From a virus, in the IMG/VR virus record IMGVR_UViG_3300045988_053936: a stretch of 51,533 bases of DNA; one strand, given 5' to 3'. Shown here piece after piece: positions 23,892-32,074 of the stretch; positions within the stretch are counted from its first letter, which is position 1; each line of letters opens with the position of its first letter. Made by a program: the position numbers and the translations under genes. The notes under the pieces were generated by a model. The model saw only the letters and a program-made list of their open reading frames with translations, was not told where the DNA came from and made no database searches.

Positions 23892-24155
23892 TTACACATC
23901 TTCCGGGTACGCACTGGATACCAGTTCTTTCAGTTCCATCAAGTCGATGCCGGGATCATGTGCCGCCCGGTCCAGAATCAGCTCCTTCAACTTGGGGCCA
24001 GCACCTTCCAGTGCCTTGCGGTAATCTTCAAATGTGTAATCCATGTGGGCCTCCTCCCATGTGCGGCCTTTCCAGGCGAGACAGAGATTGTCCATAAGAC
24101 GATTGGTGTTCCTTGCCTGCCTTTCAAGGGCTTGAATGCTGTCTTTTTCGTTCAT
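23892..24155 (-). CDS. Hypothetical protein (87 aa)
   Basis: AAGGAGG RBS. Early operon. Confidence 0.6.
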   Translation of the reverse strand: MNEKDSIQALERQARNTNRLMDNLCLAWKGRTWEEAHMDYTFEDYRKALEGAGPKLKELILDRAAHDPGIDLMELKELVSSAYPEDV

Positions 24156-24324
24156 AAAAACCTCCTTGTCATTTGACCCGGAGGCGTGTATAATAACCTC
24201 GCGGGCCTGTTGGTCAGTTCAATAGGTTCCGCAGCCCTCGTCAGTGTTTCCGGCGCTGGCGGGGGCATCTTTATTGTCCTTTCTCCCTGGATGTGATAGG
24301 ATGGGGGAGAAAGGGGGTGAGATA

Positions 24325-24504
24325 ATGGATCGTTCTAAAAAGTACGCAATCGAAGCCGCCAAAGAAATTACCGTAGCTGTCATGAGCGAAGGTAATCTGC
24401 GTGTAGATAAAGCAGGCGGAGAAAGCGTCGGGGACTTCTTTCAAGCGGTCTACTCTAAAATTGAAGAAATCGCAAAAGATGTCCCCGGTCTCGGCAATCA
24501 GTAA
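24325..24504 (+). CDS. Hypothetical small protein (59 aa)
   Basis: ATG 24325 follows AAGGGGGTGAGATA. Plus strand, convergent with the early genes. Confidence 0.5.
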   Translation: MDRSKKYAIEAAKEITVAVMSEGNLRVDKAGGESVGDFFQAVYSKIEEIAKDVPGLGNQ

Positions 24505-24635
24505 CTAGACAGAGACCTCTCCAAAACGGCGGCGACTTCCGGTAGAGCTTGCACCTCTGCGGGAGTCGCTTCCTTTTGGGATGCCCTCTCAACAAACTCA
24601 ATAAGCGCATTTTCAAGGCGTTCTCTTGTAGTCAT
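24498..24635 (-). CDS. Possible 45-aa ORF downstream of the cro-like gene
   Basis: GGAGGTATAAGA precedes the ATG. Translation MTTRERLENALIEFVERASQKEATPAEVQALPEVAAVLERSLSSY. Confidence 0.4.
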   Translation of the reverse strand: MTTRERLENALIEFVERASQKEATPAEVQALPEVAAVLERSLSSY

Positions 24636-24647
24636 TCTTATACCTCC

Positions 24648-24842
24648 TTACCCCTCATTCTGATCCGAAAGAAGCTCGTCTACGGTGACGCCGTAGAGCT
24701 TCGCCAGCTTCTTGTGGTACTTTCGGGAAATCCCGTTTTCCCCGCTCTCCCATTTGCTGACTGCTGCCTGATCTACGTTCATCTTTTTGGCTACATCGAC
24801 CTGACGCAGACCCGCTCTTTCGCGGTACTCCCGCAATTTCAA
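24648..24842 (-). CDS. Cro-like XRE-family HTH regulator (64 aa)
   Basis: The TTG start lies 8 nt after AAGGAGG. Contains LREYRERAGLRQVDVAKKMNVDQAAVSKWESG. The N-terminal part of the track ORF is unsupported. Confidence 0.7.
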   Translation of the reverse strand: MKLREYRERAGLRQVDVAKKMNVDQAAVSKWESGENGISRKYHKKLAKLYGVTVDELLSDQNEG

Positions 24843-24880
24843 CCCGTTTCCCTCCTTTATGATTTGATATATGAGTTTCG

Positions 24881-24909
24881 TTGACTGCGGCGGGAAAGTC
24901 TGGTATCTT
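24881..24909 (+). promoter_or_regulatory. Plus-strand promoter in the switch region
   Basis: TTGACT (24881-24886), a 17-nt spacer, then TATCTT (24904-24909). It overlaps the palindrome CTTATAAG. Confidence 0.45.
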
Positions 24910-24978
24910 ATAAGTACAGGGTTTCTCCGTTTCACCTTCTGTATGGTGCTTTTGACCCGCCAGAAAGGAGGTGAATCA

Positions 24979-25110
24979 ATGGCCAGAAATTCTGTGCGGA
25001 CGTCCCGCAGTGTGGCGTCCAAAGCATCGAGGGCATTAAGGAGTTCCAGAACCAGCCGCTCCACAAAGCAGCTGGCGGCTTCTGTGCTTTCGAACCGCCG
25101 GTCTAAATGA
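24979..25110 (+). CDS. Ser/Arg-rich, highly basic 43-aa protein
   Basis: AAAGGAGGTG lies 5 nt before the ATG. Translation MARNSVRTSRSVASKASRALRSSRTSRSTKQLAASVLSNRRSK. Followed by a strong terminator. Confidence 0.5.
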   Translation: MARNSVRTSRSVASKASRALRSSRTSRSTKQLAASVLSNRRSK

Positions 25111-25117
25111 CCGGTAT

Positions 25118-25149
25118 CCGCCTCGTGTTACCGCACGGGGCGGTTTTTT
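25118..25149 (+). terminator. Intrinsic terminator
   Basis: A 10-bp stem pairs CCGCCTCGTG with CACGGGGCGG, followed by T6. Confidence 0.8.
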
Positions 25150-25200
25150 GTTTCCCGCCGCAGTCCCCCTTGAAATACTCATAAATATGAGTTTTCATAC

Positions 25201-25230
25201 TTGACACTCCCAGAAAAGCCGTGTTACAAT
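25201..25230 (+). promoter_or_regulatory. Strong promoter upstream of the CI-like gene
   Basis: TTGACA, an 18-nt spacer, then TACAAT with an extended -10 TG (TGTTACAAT). Confidence 0.6.
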
Positions 25231-25323
25231 GAGCTTACCAGAACATTGTAAAAAGCCGCTTTTATAGGGGCTGGTGTTTTTGTACGCTTTTTTCAAGGGA
25301 CAATCATATGATACATCATAGAA

Positions 25324-25365
25324 TTCGGTTTGTAAATAGATTTTACCGAATTTCTTCGGTTTTGT
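25324..25365 (+). promoter_or_regulatory. Mutually exclusive hairpins in the repressor leader (attenuator-like)
   Basis: ACCGAA (25345-25350) can pair with TTCGGT at 25324-25329, or with TTCGG at 25355-25359. The second pairing is followed by TTTTGTATTATT. Confidence 0.35.
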
Positions 25366-25392
25366 ATTATTGCACAAATTGGGTTTGGAATT

Positions 25393-25770
25393 ATGGATAT
25401 AACGCTTGAAAGAATTTTGTCTTTACTTCCTAAAACACAAGATGGAAAATTTAAAAGAGGATCAAAGGCAGATTTTGCGCGGAGCATCGGATACGATAGT
25501 GGCGATATTGTGTCTATGTGGATAAAAGGAAGTAGCAAATCTTATGTTGGAAAGCTCCACGAAATCGCATTAAAGTACCATGTTTCCGTTGATTGGTTGC
25601 AGGGGAAATCAGATCAAAAAGAAATCCCGCCCACCGAAAAGGTAGACGGGATGGAAGAAGAACTTATTCAGATTTTCCGCTTGTTGCCTGATGATCTGAA
25701 AGCGGGAATTCTGGCTCAGATAAAAGCCGTTCTAGTTCAGCGTGGATTACTTCCATCGCAGTCAGAATAG
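25393..25770 (+). CDS. CI-like HTH repressor
   Basis: The N-terminal HTH (ADFARSIGYDSGDIVSMWIKG) resembles the phage CI-repressor N-domain. It lies in the lysogeny module upstream of int. Confidence 0.55.
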   Translation: MDITLERILSLLPKTQDGKFKRGSKADFARSIGYDSGDIVSMWIKGSSKSYVGKLHEIALKYHVSVDWLQGKSDQKEIPPTEKVDGMEEELIQIFRLLPDDLKAGILAQIKAVLVQRGLLPSQSE

Positions 25771-25929
25771 CGGCCTCCTTGTTTGTGCTTTTGCTGATAA
25801 TCTGGATCAGGTCTTTTTCAAGGTTCATCCGACATTCCTCCTTTTTGTTTACAATATATGCTTAACGTTGTGTCGAAATTGCACGGAAGCGTGCAACAAA
25901 AATAAAATTTTTTAGAGAGAGGGAAAACT

Positions 25930-26178
25930 ATGCAATGCCCTAAGTGTGGAAGCGAAAACGTCAGCGTTCAAATGGTAACCGAAACGCAGTTAGTAGACAA
26001 ACATCATGGAATTATATGGTGGATTTGCATTGGCTGGTGGTGGATTTTTATTAAATGGCTTGTGTTTACACTTCCTGCGTTAATCGTAAAAATTTTTGCG
26101 CCCAAAAAACAAAAACTGAAACAAAAGCAAAAATCTGTGTGTGTTTGCCAAAATTGCGGGTATCATTGGGAAGCATAA
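25930..26178 (+). CDS. Membrane zinc-ribbon protein (lysogeny-module accessory)
   Basis: CPKCG...CQNCG pairs flank a Trp-rich TM region IIWWICIGWWWIFIKWLVFTLPALIV. Confidence 0.6.
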   Translation: MQCPKCGSENVSVQMVTETQLVDKHHGIIWWICIGWWWIFIKWLVFTLPALIVKIFAPKKQKLKQKQKSVCVCQNCGYHWEA

Positions 26179-26230
26179 AAAATCGCCGTCAGGTCTCCCC
26201 TGGCGGCGTACTTCTAAGGAGGTGATCCTC

Positions 26231-27247
26231 TTGAAGCTCCCAACAGCCAAAAAGATTCCATCCGGTAACTGGAATGTTAGCGTTATGATAGCTGGGGAGA
26301 GAATATCCATTACCGCCCCAACAAAAAAAGAGGCAGAAAATCAGGCGGCAGCGATAAAGTCCGGAGCCAAAGCGGCCAGGAAAAAGACTGGGCTGACTGT
26401 TGGCGAGGCCATAGACCAATATGTAGAAAGTAAGGACGCCGTTTTGTCCCCAGCCACAATTGCCGGATATAAGAGGATACGTGCGAATGCTTTACAGGAC
26501 ATCATGGATATTGATTTGGACCGCCTTACTCCGCAAATCGTCCAGCGGTCTATCAATATGATGGCTCGGAATAAATCTCCTAAGACTGTCCGAAATGCTC
26601 ATGGACTACTAAGTGCTACATTAGCAGTTTACAGGCCAGACATAGCTCTTAGAACTACTCTCCCGCAAAAGGTACGCTATGAAATTTCTATCCCGTCAGA
26701 TGATGATATAGGCGCCATCATGAAGGCGTGTAAGGACACCGAAAACGAGCTCCCAATTATGCTTGCTCTCTGGCTTGGTTTGCGTATGTCTGAAATCTTG
26801 GGCCTCAAGTGGGAAGATGTTGACGGTGATGTCCTCCACATCCGGCGGGCAAAAGTGGACGAGGGCGTCAAGACGACCAAAACATATATCTCCAAACGGG
26901 ACCTTGATCTCCCAGAGTATCTTCAAAATTTGATTGCAGTAGCACCGCATAATGGGGAGTATATTGTAAATCTTTCACGCCGCGCCCTGTATTGTCGATT
27001 CCAAACCATCTGCAAAAAGGCTGGCATCCAGCACTACCGCTTCCACGATCTGCGCCATATTAATGCCTCCGTCATGCTGGCCCTTGGAATACCAAACAAG
27101 TACGCGGAGGAGCGCATGGGACACGCCACCGACAATATGCTAAAAACCGTCTACCAGCATACAATCAGTTCCGAACAAAGGGCAACGGCGCGCAAAGTAA
27201 ATGGCTATTTCGAATCCAAATTGCAGATAAATTTACAGACAGATTAG
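26231..27247 (+). CDS. int: Tyrosine integrase
   Basis: The TTG start lies 8 nt after AAGGAGG. The N-terminus KLPTAKKIPSGNWNV and HDLRH...GH...Y catalytic-domain motifs are present. It is adjacent to attP. Confidence 0.85.
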   Translation: MKLPTAKKIPSGNWNVSVMIAGERISITAPTKKEAENQAAAIKSGAKAARKKTGLTVGEAIDQYVESKDAVLSPATIAGYKRIRANALQDIMDIDLDRLTPQIVQRSINMMARNKSPKTVRNAHGLLSATLAVYRPDIALRTTLPQKVRYEISIPSDDDIGAIMKACKDTENELPIMLALWLGLRMSEILGLKWEDVDGDVLHIRRAKVDEGVKTTKTYISKRDLDLPEYLQNLIAVAPHNGEYIVNLSRRALYCRFQTICKKAGIQHYRFHDLRHINASVMLALGIPNKYAEERMGHATDNMLKTVYQHTISSEQRATARKVNGYFESKLQINLQTD

Positions 27248-27287
27248 AGAAAACCCTTTATTTCCAATAGTTTTATTAGTTATCTAT

Positions 27288-27315
27288 CGGGGTTCGAATC
27301 CCCGACGGGTCACCA
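27288..27315 (+). other. attP core: 3' end of a tRNA (T-arm, acceptor 3' strand and CCA)
   Basis: CGGGG-TTCGAAT-CCCCG, then ACGGGTC, A, CCA. No matching 5' acceptor strand or anticodon arm lies upstream, so this is a fragment rather than a gene. Confidence 0.7.
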
Positions 27316-27325
27316 AAACAGGAAG

Positions 27326-27359
27326 CCTCGTAGCCGTAACGGTTGCGAGGTTTTTCTTT
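27326..27359 (+). terminator. Terminator following the tRNA fragment
   Basis: An 11-bp stem (27326-27336 / 27340-27350, including G-U pairs) is followed by TTTTTCTTT. Confidence 0.65.
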
Positions 27360-27450
27360 GTGCCACAGTGCTTTTAGCCGTTTTCAGTTTTCTGAAAAAT
27401 ATCACTGTTCGTTATATGTCTTAACACAAAATCATATAAATTTACATACA

Positions 27451-27474
27451 ATTACAGATGAAATTACAGATGAA
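27451..27474 (+). repeat. Tandem ATTACAGATGAA x2 (candidate integrase arm sites)
   Basis: Perfect 12-bp tandem. Related ATTTACA(G/T)ACA sequences lie at about 27440 and 27231. Confidence 0.5.
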
Positions 27475-27649
27475 ATCCGCCCCCATTTCTGAGGGCGGAA
27501 ATTTTTATAGGGACCGTATTTTTCGCATTACCCCGTTATACACACGGGGATTAGCAACCTGGAGCGTGTCCATCAAGTCACCCATAATGCCCCATACCTG
27601 CTCCTCGCTTTTTTGAAAGTATAATTTTTGCATATAGTTGACTTGCATA

Positions 27650-27681
27650 TATAAAATCCCCGCTCTCAATTGAGAGCGGGG
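27650..27681 (-). terminator. Terminator after the cargo cluster
   Basis: A perfect 10-bp palindromic stem CCCCGCTCTC-AATT-GAGAGCGGGG (27658-27681) is followed by a U-rich tail on the minus strand. Confidence 0.7.
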
Positions 27682-27686
27682 TCATT

Positions 27687-28160
27687 TTAATGCTTGACGA
27701 TATGGTCATAGTAGAGTTTGAGTTTGTCGGGGTTGGCGTCCTCGTCATCCAGAAATGCCCTGGTGATCGAAACATAGAAGTCCAGGGTATTCGCTGATGT
27801 TTTTTGGATGGCCTTGCAGTAGTCAGAATAGATCATATTTATTGCAGCCCAAAATTGCGCCGGGTCTCCGGGTATGTTTCTTTGGGCCATGATCTGTTTA
27901 ACCTGCTCCAGAGTCCAGTGCGGCCCTTTTGTTCCGTCGGCGTTTACCATACGAGATGTCCAGTCCTCTGCGTCAGCTAGAGTGAACGATTTATTAGATT
28001 GCAAATTGCTAGTTCTTGGGCGCTGGCCCTCCCACTGGCAAATCGCCTGATAGGCTCCGTTATATGTTGCCAGTCTGTCAGCCATACGGTCAGATGGTTC
28101 CTCGCCCATACACTCGGCAATTTTTAGCAGTAGCCAACCACGAGCTTCAGTTTCGCCCAT
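27687..28160 (-). CDS. Hypothetical protein (157 aa), cargo cluster
   Basis: Last gene before attP. No family assigned. Confidence 0.6.
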   Translation of the reverse strand: MGETEARGWLLLKIAECMGEEPSDRMADRLATYNGAYQAICQWEGQRPRTSNLQSNKSFTLADAEDWTSRMVNADGTKGPHWTLEQVKQIMAQRNIPGDPAQFWAAINMIYSDYCKAIQKTSANTLDFYVSITRAFLDDEDANPDKLKLYYDHIVKH

Positions 28161-28172
28161 AGGGCCACCCCC

Positions 28173-28559
28173 TTACTCCATCTCCATCTCGTTCATCAGA
28201 CGCCGGATGGCGTCACGCTCACGTTCAGTTGAGGCATTATCCATCATCGTCTGTAGCTTATCCATCATGTCAGGAGATGCGTGTCGAGAATATCTTCCAT
28301 CCCGGCTATAACGTCCCATGGAATCCCGCTTCCGGCCACGGTAGCTGGAGCCGCGGGCATAAGTACCGCGCATATCGGCCTCCCAGTTCCCGGCCCGGCT
28401 GTACCCATCGTCCTCTTCCAGCATCTCGATCTTGTCGATGTTCTTGATGGTGTCGGTCAGCTTGTGGACGATTTCCAGGTCGCCAGCGCCCAGATCACCT
28501 TTTCGGGCGATTTCCTCCAGCTCTTCGCAGAGTTTTTCTTTCAGTTCGTGCATATACAT
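28173..28559 (-). CDS. Hypothetical protein with acidic helical N-terminus and Arg/Ser/Tyr-rich middle
   Basis: ATG 28559 lies 7 nt after AAAGGAG. Contains SYRGRKRDSMGRYSRDGRYSR. Confidence 0.55.
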   Translation of the reverse strand: MYMHELKEKLCEELEEIARKGDLGAGDLEIVHKLTDTIKNIDKIEMLEEDDGYSRAGNWEADMRGTYARGSSYRGRKRDSMGRYSRDGRYSRHASPDMMDKLQTMMDNASTERERDAIRRLMNEMEME

Positions 28560-28572
28560 GTCGTTTCTCCTT

Positions 28573-28995
28573 TCAGGCCACACGCTCAACAATAAAATTA
28601 CTGTTGGCTACCAGAATAGGCTGTGTGCTGGTGTTCTTTGCGGCGACAGTGACGCAGCAGCCGCGAGGGACATCTACCACAGCGGCAACATAGATATTGA
28701 AGAAATCCTCTGCGGCAGCCGGGGTGATGGTAGCGGTGGAAGCATTCAGCGCCTCACCATTGATAGAGATCGCTGCCGTGATGGCCTCCACGGTCCCGCC
28801 AGTAGGGACAGCAATATTTGCTCCAAAGGAGACTTTGAATTTTGCCCGGCACTGGTTCGTGAGCCCGCGAAGAGTCACCAGCCCAGCGCCTTCTCGATGC
28901 ACAATGCAGGGCTTGCCTGTGTTGGCCTCCTCAGTAAAAGGCACGTTCTGACCAGCGGCAACGGTTACGATTGCGCTGTTGCTGTATTCAGCCAT
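28573..28995 (-). CDS. Beta-rich Ala/Val/Thr-rich protein (possibly BclA-CTD / C1q-like, unverified)
   Basis: MAEYSNSAIVTVAAGQNVPF...NFIVERVA. The composition and length resemble exosporium TNF-like domains. The start is ambiguous (28995 or 29004). Confidence 0.4.
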   Translation of the reverse strand: MAEYSNSAIVTVAAGQNVPFTEEANTGKPCIVHREGAGLVTLRGLTNQCRAKFKVSFGANIAVPTGGTVEAITAAISINGEALNASTATITPAAAEDFFNIYVAAVVDVPRGCCVTVAAKNTSTQPILVANSNFIVERVA

Positions 28996-29107
28996 AAACT
29001 TCATTCCTTTCAAAAAGATAGCGGCGAGGCCGTTGCCCCGCCGCATGGTTCAAAATCGGCACGGGGCCGAACATTCCGGTCATGCCGAAAAGTTGATGTA
29101 TTTGGTT

Positions 29108-29908
29108 TTAGCAGCCGCAGGCGCTAGTGCAACAGCCGTAAGTCTGTCCAGCCCACGGGTTACAGGTGATGTAGGCGGGAACCGGGCAGGGCTTGAGCTG
29201 GTTAACCAGATAGTTGTTCTGGGCCTGCTGGGAAGCGGCAAGCTGGAGGCCGAAAATCTGCTGGTTCTGCGCCTGGATCTGTGCATCCTTCGCAGCCATT
29301 TCCTGAGAGGTCAGCTTGTCCAGAATTGCGCGGGTGTTGGCGTTAGCGTTCTCCAGCAGGTCACGGGTGCTAGTCTGGATGGTGTTCCGGGTATCACAGC
29401 TCTGCGTGGCCAAGTTGTAATTGGTATCTGCAAAGCCTCGCTCTACCTGCCGCTGGGTATCACAGCAACAGGAGGCAAGCTGGGACTGGATAGCGTTGCC
29501 GCTCTGCATGATTGCCATCTGGGTGGCGTTGCCGTTGGTCAGGATGGCGGTATTGACCCCATTGAAGCCTTGACACATGGTATTCTGCACACCATTGATC
29601 TGCTGGGCGGTAGCGTAGAAGCCATCACACAAGCCCTGCTGCACGGTGTCCAGCTTGCGCTCCACCTGGGCAAAGTCAGAGGCGAGGACGTAATTGTCGA
29701 TGGCCCCGGAGCCGGAGGGAGTCGCGCCGTTACCGTTGCCGCCCCAACCGTTGCGGTTCCAACCACCGGCAAAGATAAAGAGGAACAAAATAATAATCCA
29801 CCACGAACCATCATTGCCCCAGCCCATACCGCCGCTTCCGCTGGAAATTGTGCCGGTTGGAGTAACATTCATCACGGCAGGGATTCCGCCGTCATTTCCA
29901 AGAGACAT
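29108..29908 (-). CDS. Membrane-anchored Gly/Asn/Gln-rich protein with Cys-rich C-terminus
   Basis: ATG 29908 lies 8 nt after AAAGGAG. TM WWIIILFLFIFAGGW. The C-terminus is PCPVPAYITCNPWAGQTYGCCTSACGC. Confidence 0.55.
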   Translation of the reverse strand: MSLGNDGGIPAVMNVTPTGTISSGSGGMGWGNDGSWWIIILFLFIFAGGWNRNGWGGNGNGATPSGSGAIDNYVLASDFAQVERKLDTVQQGLCDGFYATAQQINGVQNTMCQGFNGVNTAILTNGNATQMAIMQSGNAIQSQLASCCCDTQRQVERGFADTNYNLATQSCDTRNTIQTSTRDLLENANANTRAILDKLTSQEMAAKDAQIQAQNQQIFGLQLAASQQAQNNYLVNQLKPCPVPAYITCNPWAGQTYGCCTSACGC

Positions 29909-29964
29909 AAATTTTTCTCCTTTCAAGTTTTGATATATGCTAAATCGTGGCCACGATTAAAGCC

Positions 29965-30186
29965 TTATTTACCCAACATCTGCTGGAACGCTCTTGCCAT
30001 ACCCTGCAATTCGTTGAATTGGCTCTGGGACATCTGGCCGGAGGTCAAAAGCTCCTGCACCTTTGCCTTCGGGTCGCCCTGGAAGCTTTGCCGAAACTCA
30101 TTGAATTGTCGTATCATGCCCATCATGTTCCCCATAGGGCCGGGCAGGTTCCCGCCGCCCATAGCGTCGAAAAACGGGTTACTCAT
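29965..30186 (-). CDS. Small Met/Gly/Gln-rich protein (73 aa)
   Basis: Coupled ORF. Confidence 0.5.
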   Translation of the reverse strand: MSNPFFDAMGGGNLPGPMGNMMGMIRQFNEFRQSFQGDPKAKVQELLTSGQMSQSQFNELQGMARAFQQMLGK

Positions 30187-30628
30187 CGGTCACAGTCTCC
30201 TTTTTCGGCTTTGTCTGTTTAGGTGCGCTCAGTGCGTCCACACGAGCCGACAGCGCGTCTAACTGCTCACGAGTGGCATACTCTACCGCCGGAGCCTGTG
30301 GGGCCTGTACGGGCCTCTGATTGCGCTCTACAAGGTCATATATCTTCATGCTGGGCTTGCCGCTTGCGTCCGCCTGTTTGAGATAAATCGTGGGGCTGTT
30401 GCTGTCCCAAAGAGCTACGGCGGAATTAGGGGCCATCAGATATCCCATGGCCTCCTGCTCTCCATTCACCCAAATCATGGACTGACCGTTTTGTTGAGAC
30501 TGTACGGATGTCATTTGGGGCCCCTGCACAGGCGGTTGAAACTGCTGCCCCCGGAGCTGGGCCAACTGATCCGGCATGGGCGGCTGGTAATACATGGGCT
30601 GATAGCCCGGCATATATTGATACGGCAT
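30179..30628 (-). CDS. Protein with Pro/Gln/Tyr-rich N-terminus (149 aa)
   Basis: ATG 30628 lies 7 nt after GGAGG. Translation begins MPYQYMPGYQPMYYQPPMP. Confidence 0.55.
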   Translation of the reverse strand: MPYQYMPGYQPMYYQPPMPDQLAQLRGQQFQPPVQGPQMTSVQSQQNGQSMIWVNGEQEAMGYLMAPNSAVALWDSNSPTIYLKQADASGKPSMKIYDLVERNQRPVQAPQAPAVEYATREQLDALSARVDALSAPKQTKPKKETVTDE

Positions 30629-30630
30629 AC

Positions 30631-31011
30631 TCAATCCTCCATCCAGTAATACAACACGGTCTTTCCACCGCTGTTCCAAGTATCTACGATGCGCCCGTCA
30701 AAGACGCAGACAATATGAGTGTCCAATGCTAGCAGATAGACGCCATAGGGATGCTGATGAGCGAACTCCTGCACAGTTATATCCTCGTACTCTGGTAGAT
30801 AGCGCCGCCAGCCTTTACGACGGAGATATTTGCCCCAAACAGGATTTCCTGACGGCATATCTGCGGCAAGGTAGCCCTCCCAGCATAGTCCCCAATAGGT
30901 GGTGTCCCAATCCTGATCTAGGGCAACGGAAATTGCCCTGACGGTGCAATCGCCTACGTTCTTTCCGTCTCTATTGGCGTTGTAATATTCAAACGTACTG
31001 TTTCCTGTCAT
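30631..31011 (-). CDS. Hypothetical protein with possible Cys/His peptidase-like motifs
   Basis: Contains NVGDCTVRAIS and LDTHIVCVFDG. The start is uncertain (31011 or 31026, with no clear SD). Confidence 0.4.
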   Translation of the reverse strand: MTGNSTFEYYNANRDGKNVGDCTVRAISVALDQDWDTTYWGLCWEGYLAADMPSGNPVWGKYLRRKGWRRYLPEYEDITVQEFAHQHPYGVYLLALDTHIVCVFDGRIVDTWNSGGKTVLYYWMED

Positions 31012-31234
31012 CGTACAAAAGCTCATTCTGTCGGATAAACCGTTCCAATCCGGAGAAGTCTCCCTCCGCCGCATACTTCTCGCAGGTGTCTCTTGCTGTG
31101 GACTCCGTGAAGCCGCAGGCCACCAGCCGGGCCACCAATTCAGCACCATTCAAAATCAAATCAAACACGTCCTTATCAGTGAAATCAGGAGGCCGCAAGG
31201 AGGGCGGCGACGTGTACCAGCCCTTGATCCTCAC
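30989..31234 (-). CDS. Hypothetical protein (81 aa)
   Basis: GTG start only 2 nt after GGAGG, so the start is uncertain. Confidence 0.4.
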   Translation of the reverse strand: MRIKGWYTSPPSLRPPDFTDKDVFDLILNGAELVARLVACGFTESTARDTCEKYAAEGDFSGLERFIRQNELLYDDRKQYV

Positions 31235-31350
31235 GTCCTCCTATTGATATTGTCGCATAAAAAAACTTCCGCTGGGTGGCATCTATGTGGGAGATATGAG
31301 GGGAGTGTGTATTATGTATGCTGGTATCTGAAGAATTTTGCAAAAATGTG

Positions 31351-31379
31351 TTTACAAATCCCTTTCTAAATCATATAAT
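31351..31379 (+). promoter_or_regulatory. Promoter of the NYN moron
   Basis: TTTACA, a 17-nt spacer, then TATAAT. Confidence 0.6.
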
Positions 31380-31385
31380 AAGGGA

Positions 31386-31454
31386 GCAGAAAGTATCATG
31401 TCTTTCTGCTTAGACTAAGACGGGGCCCGTATGGCTTTCGAGCCAGCGGGCCCC
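31386..31454 (+). promoter_or_regulatory. Structured 5' UTR: two strong hairpins
   Basis: An 8-bp stem GCAGAAAG/CTTTCTGC (31386-31409). A second stem GGGGCCCG..TGGCT-TTCG-AGCCA..CGGGCCCC (31422-31454), flanked by TTAGAC repeats. Confidence 0.5.
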
Positions 31455-31480
31455 TTAGACATTTACTGGAGGGATAAAAT

Positions 31481-32068
31481 ATGGGAAGGGCAATGGTCTT
31501 TATTGATTTTGAAAACTTCAATATCGCTATGATGAATTATTATCGCAAAATCGAGGAACCTACTGCCAGATTAGATTATAATAAGTTCCCACAGAAAATT
31601 GTCAGCCTTCTTCCAGGGAACCATACCCTTGAAAAAACTTTCTTGTGTGCCCCAAAGCCAGATGAATTTCTTATGCAGGATGAGCGCAGGAAAAATACAT
31701 ATAACTGGATAAATGGGTTGAAAAATCAAAAGTATTTTACCGTAATCGAAGGGCAGCATATCGCTCGGAAGGTTTATGGGAAGGAAATGGATATTCATGA
31801 CAAGTCAACTTATTATGTAGAGGAAAAAGGAACCGACACCAACATGGGGGTTCATTTAATAGCAAAAGGCTTTTTAAATGCGTATGATGTTGCTGTTATT
31901 GTGAGCGGAGATAGCGATTATATTCCGGCGCTTGAAATTCTGAATACTATCGGGAAAATAACTGTTGTTGTGGGTGTAAATGGGCAAAATATGACTAAAC
32001 TTAAAAATTGTTCTGATGATGTGCTTATCTTAGATAAAGCCTTTTTCGACGAATGCCTACGAGTATAA
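31481..32068 (+). CDS. NYN-domain (LabA/DUF88-like, PIN-fold) nuclease
   Basis: Contains VFIDFENF, EEKGTDTNM and VIVSGDSDYIPALE, so the conserved acidic residues are present. AT-rich, and opposite in strand to its neighbours. Confidence 0.75.
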   Translation: MGRAMVFIDFENFNIAMMNYYRKIEEPTARLDYNKFPQKIVSLLPGNHTLEKTFLCAPKPDEFLMQDERRKNTYNWINGLKNQKYFTVIEGQHIARKVYGKEMDIHDKSTYYVEEKGTDTNMGVHLIAKGFLNAYDVAVIVSGDSDYIPALEILNTIGKITVVVGVNGQNMTKLKNCSDDVLILDKAFFDECLRV

Positions 32069-32074
32069 AAGATA

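Noticed and set aside
25664-25828. 54-aa minus-strand ORF (MNLEKDLIQIISKSTNKEAAILTAMEVIHAELERLL...) with a strong AGGAGG RBS, overlapping the 3' end of the CI-like gene
   Set aside because: It could be real, as a convergent small gene. However, about 105 nt of it mirrors a helical C-terminal segment of the repressor (EELIQIFRLLPDDLKAGILAQIKAV) that looks genuine, and I found no good promoter. It is left unannotated pending expression data.
27270-27315. A complete tRNA gene downstream of the integrase
   Set aside because: Only the T-arm, 3' acceptor strand and CCA are present. No complementary 5' acceptor strand (GACCCGT), D-arm or anticodon arm lies upstream, so it is an attP core fragment.
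28979-30262. 427-aa plus-strand ORF antisense to the cargo cluster
   Set aside because: It spans four well-supported minus-strand genes, has no RBS and has low-complexity antisense composition.
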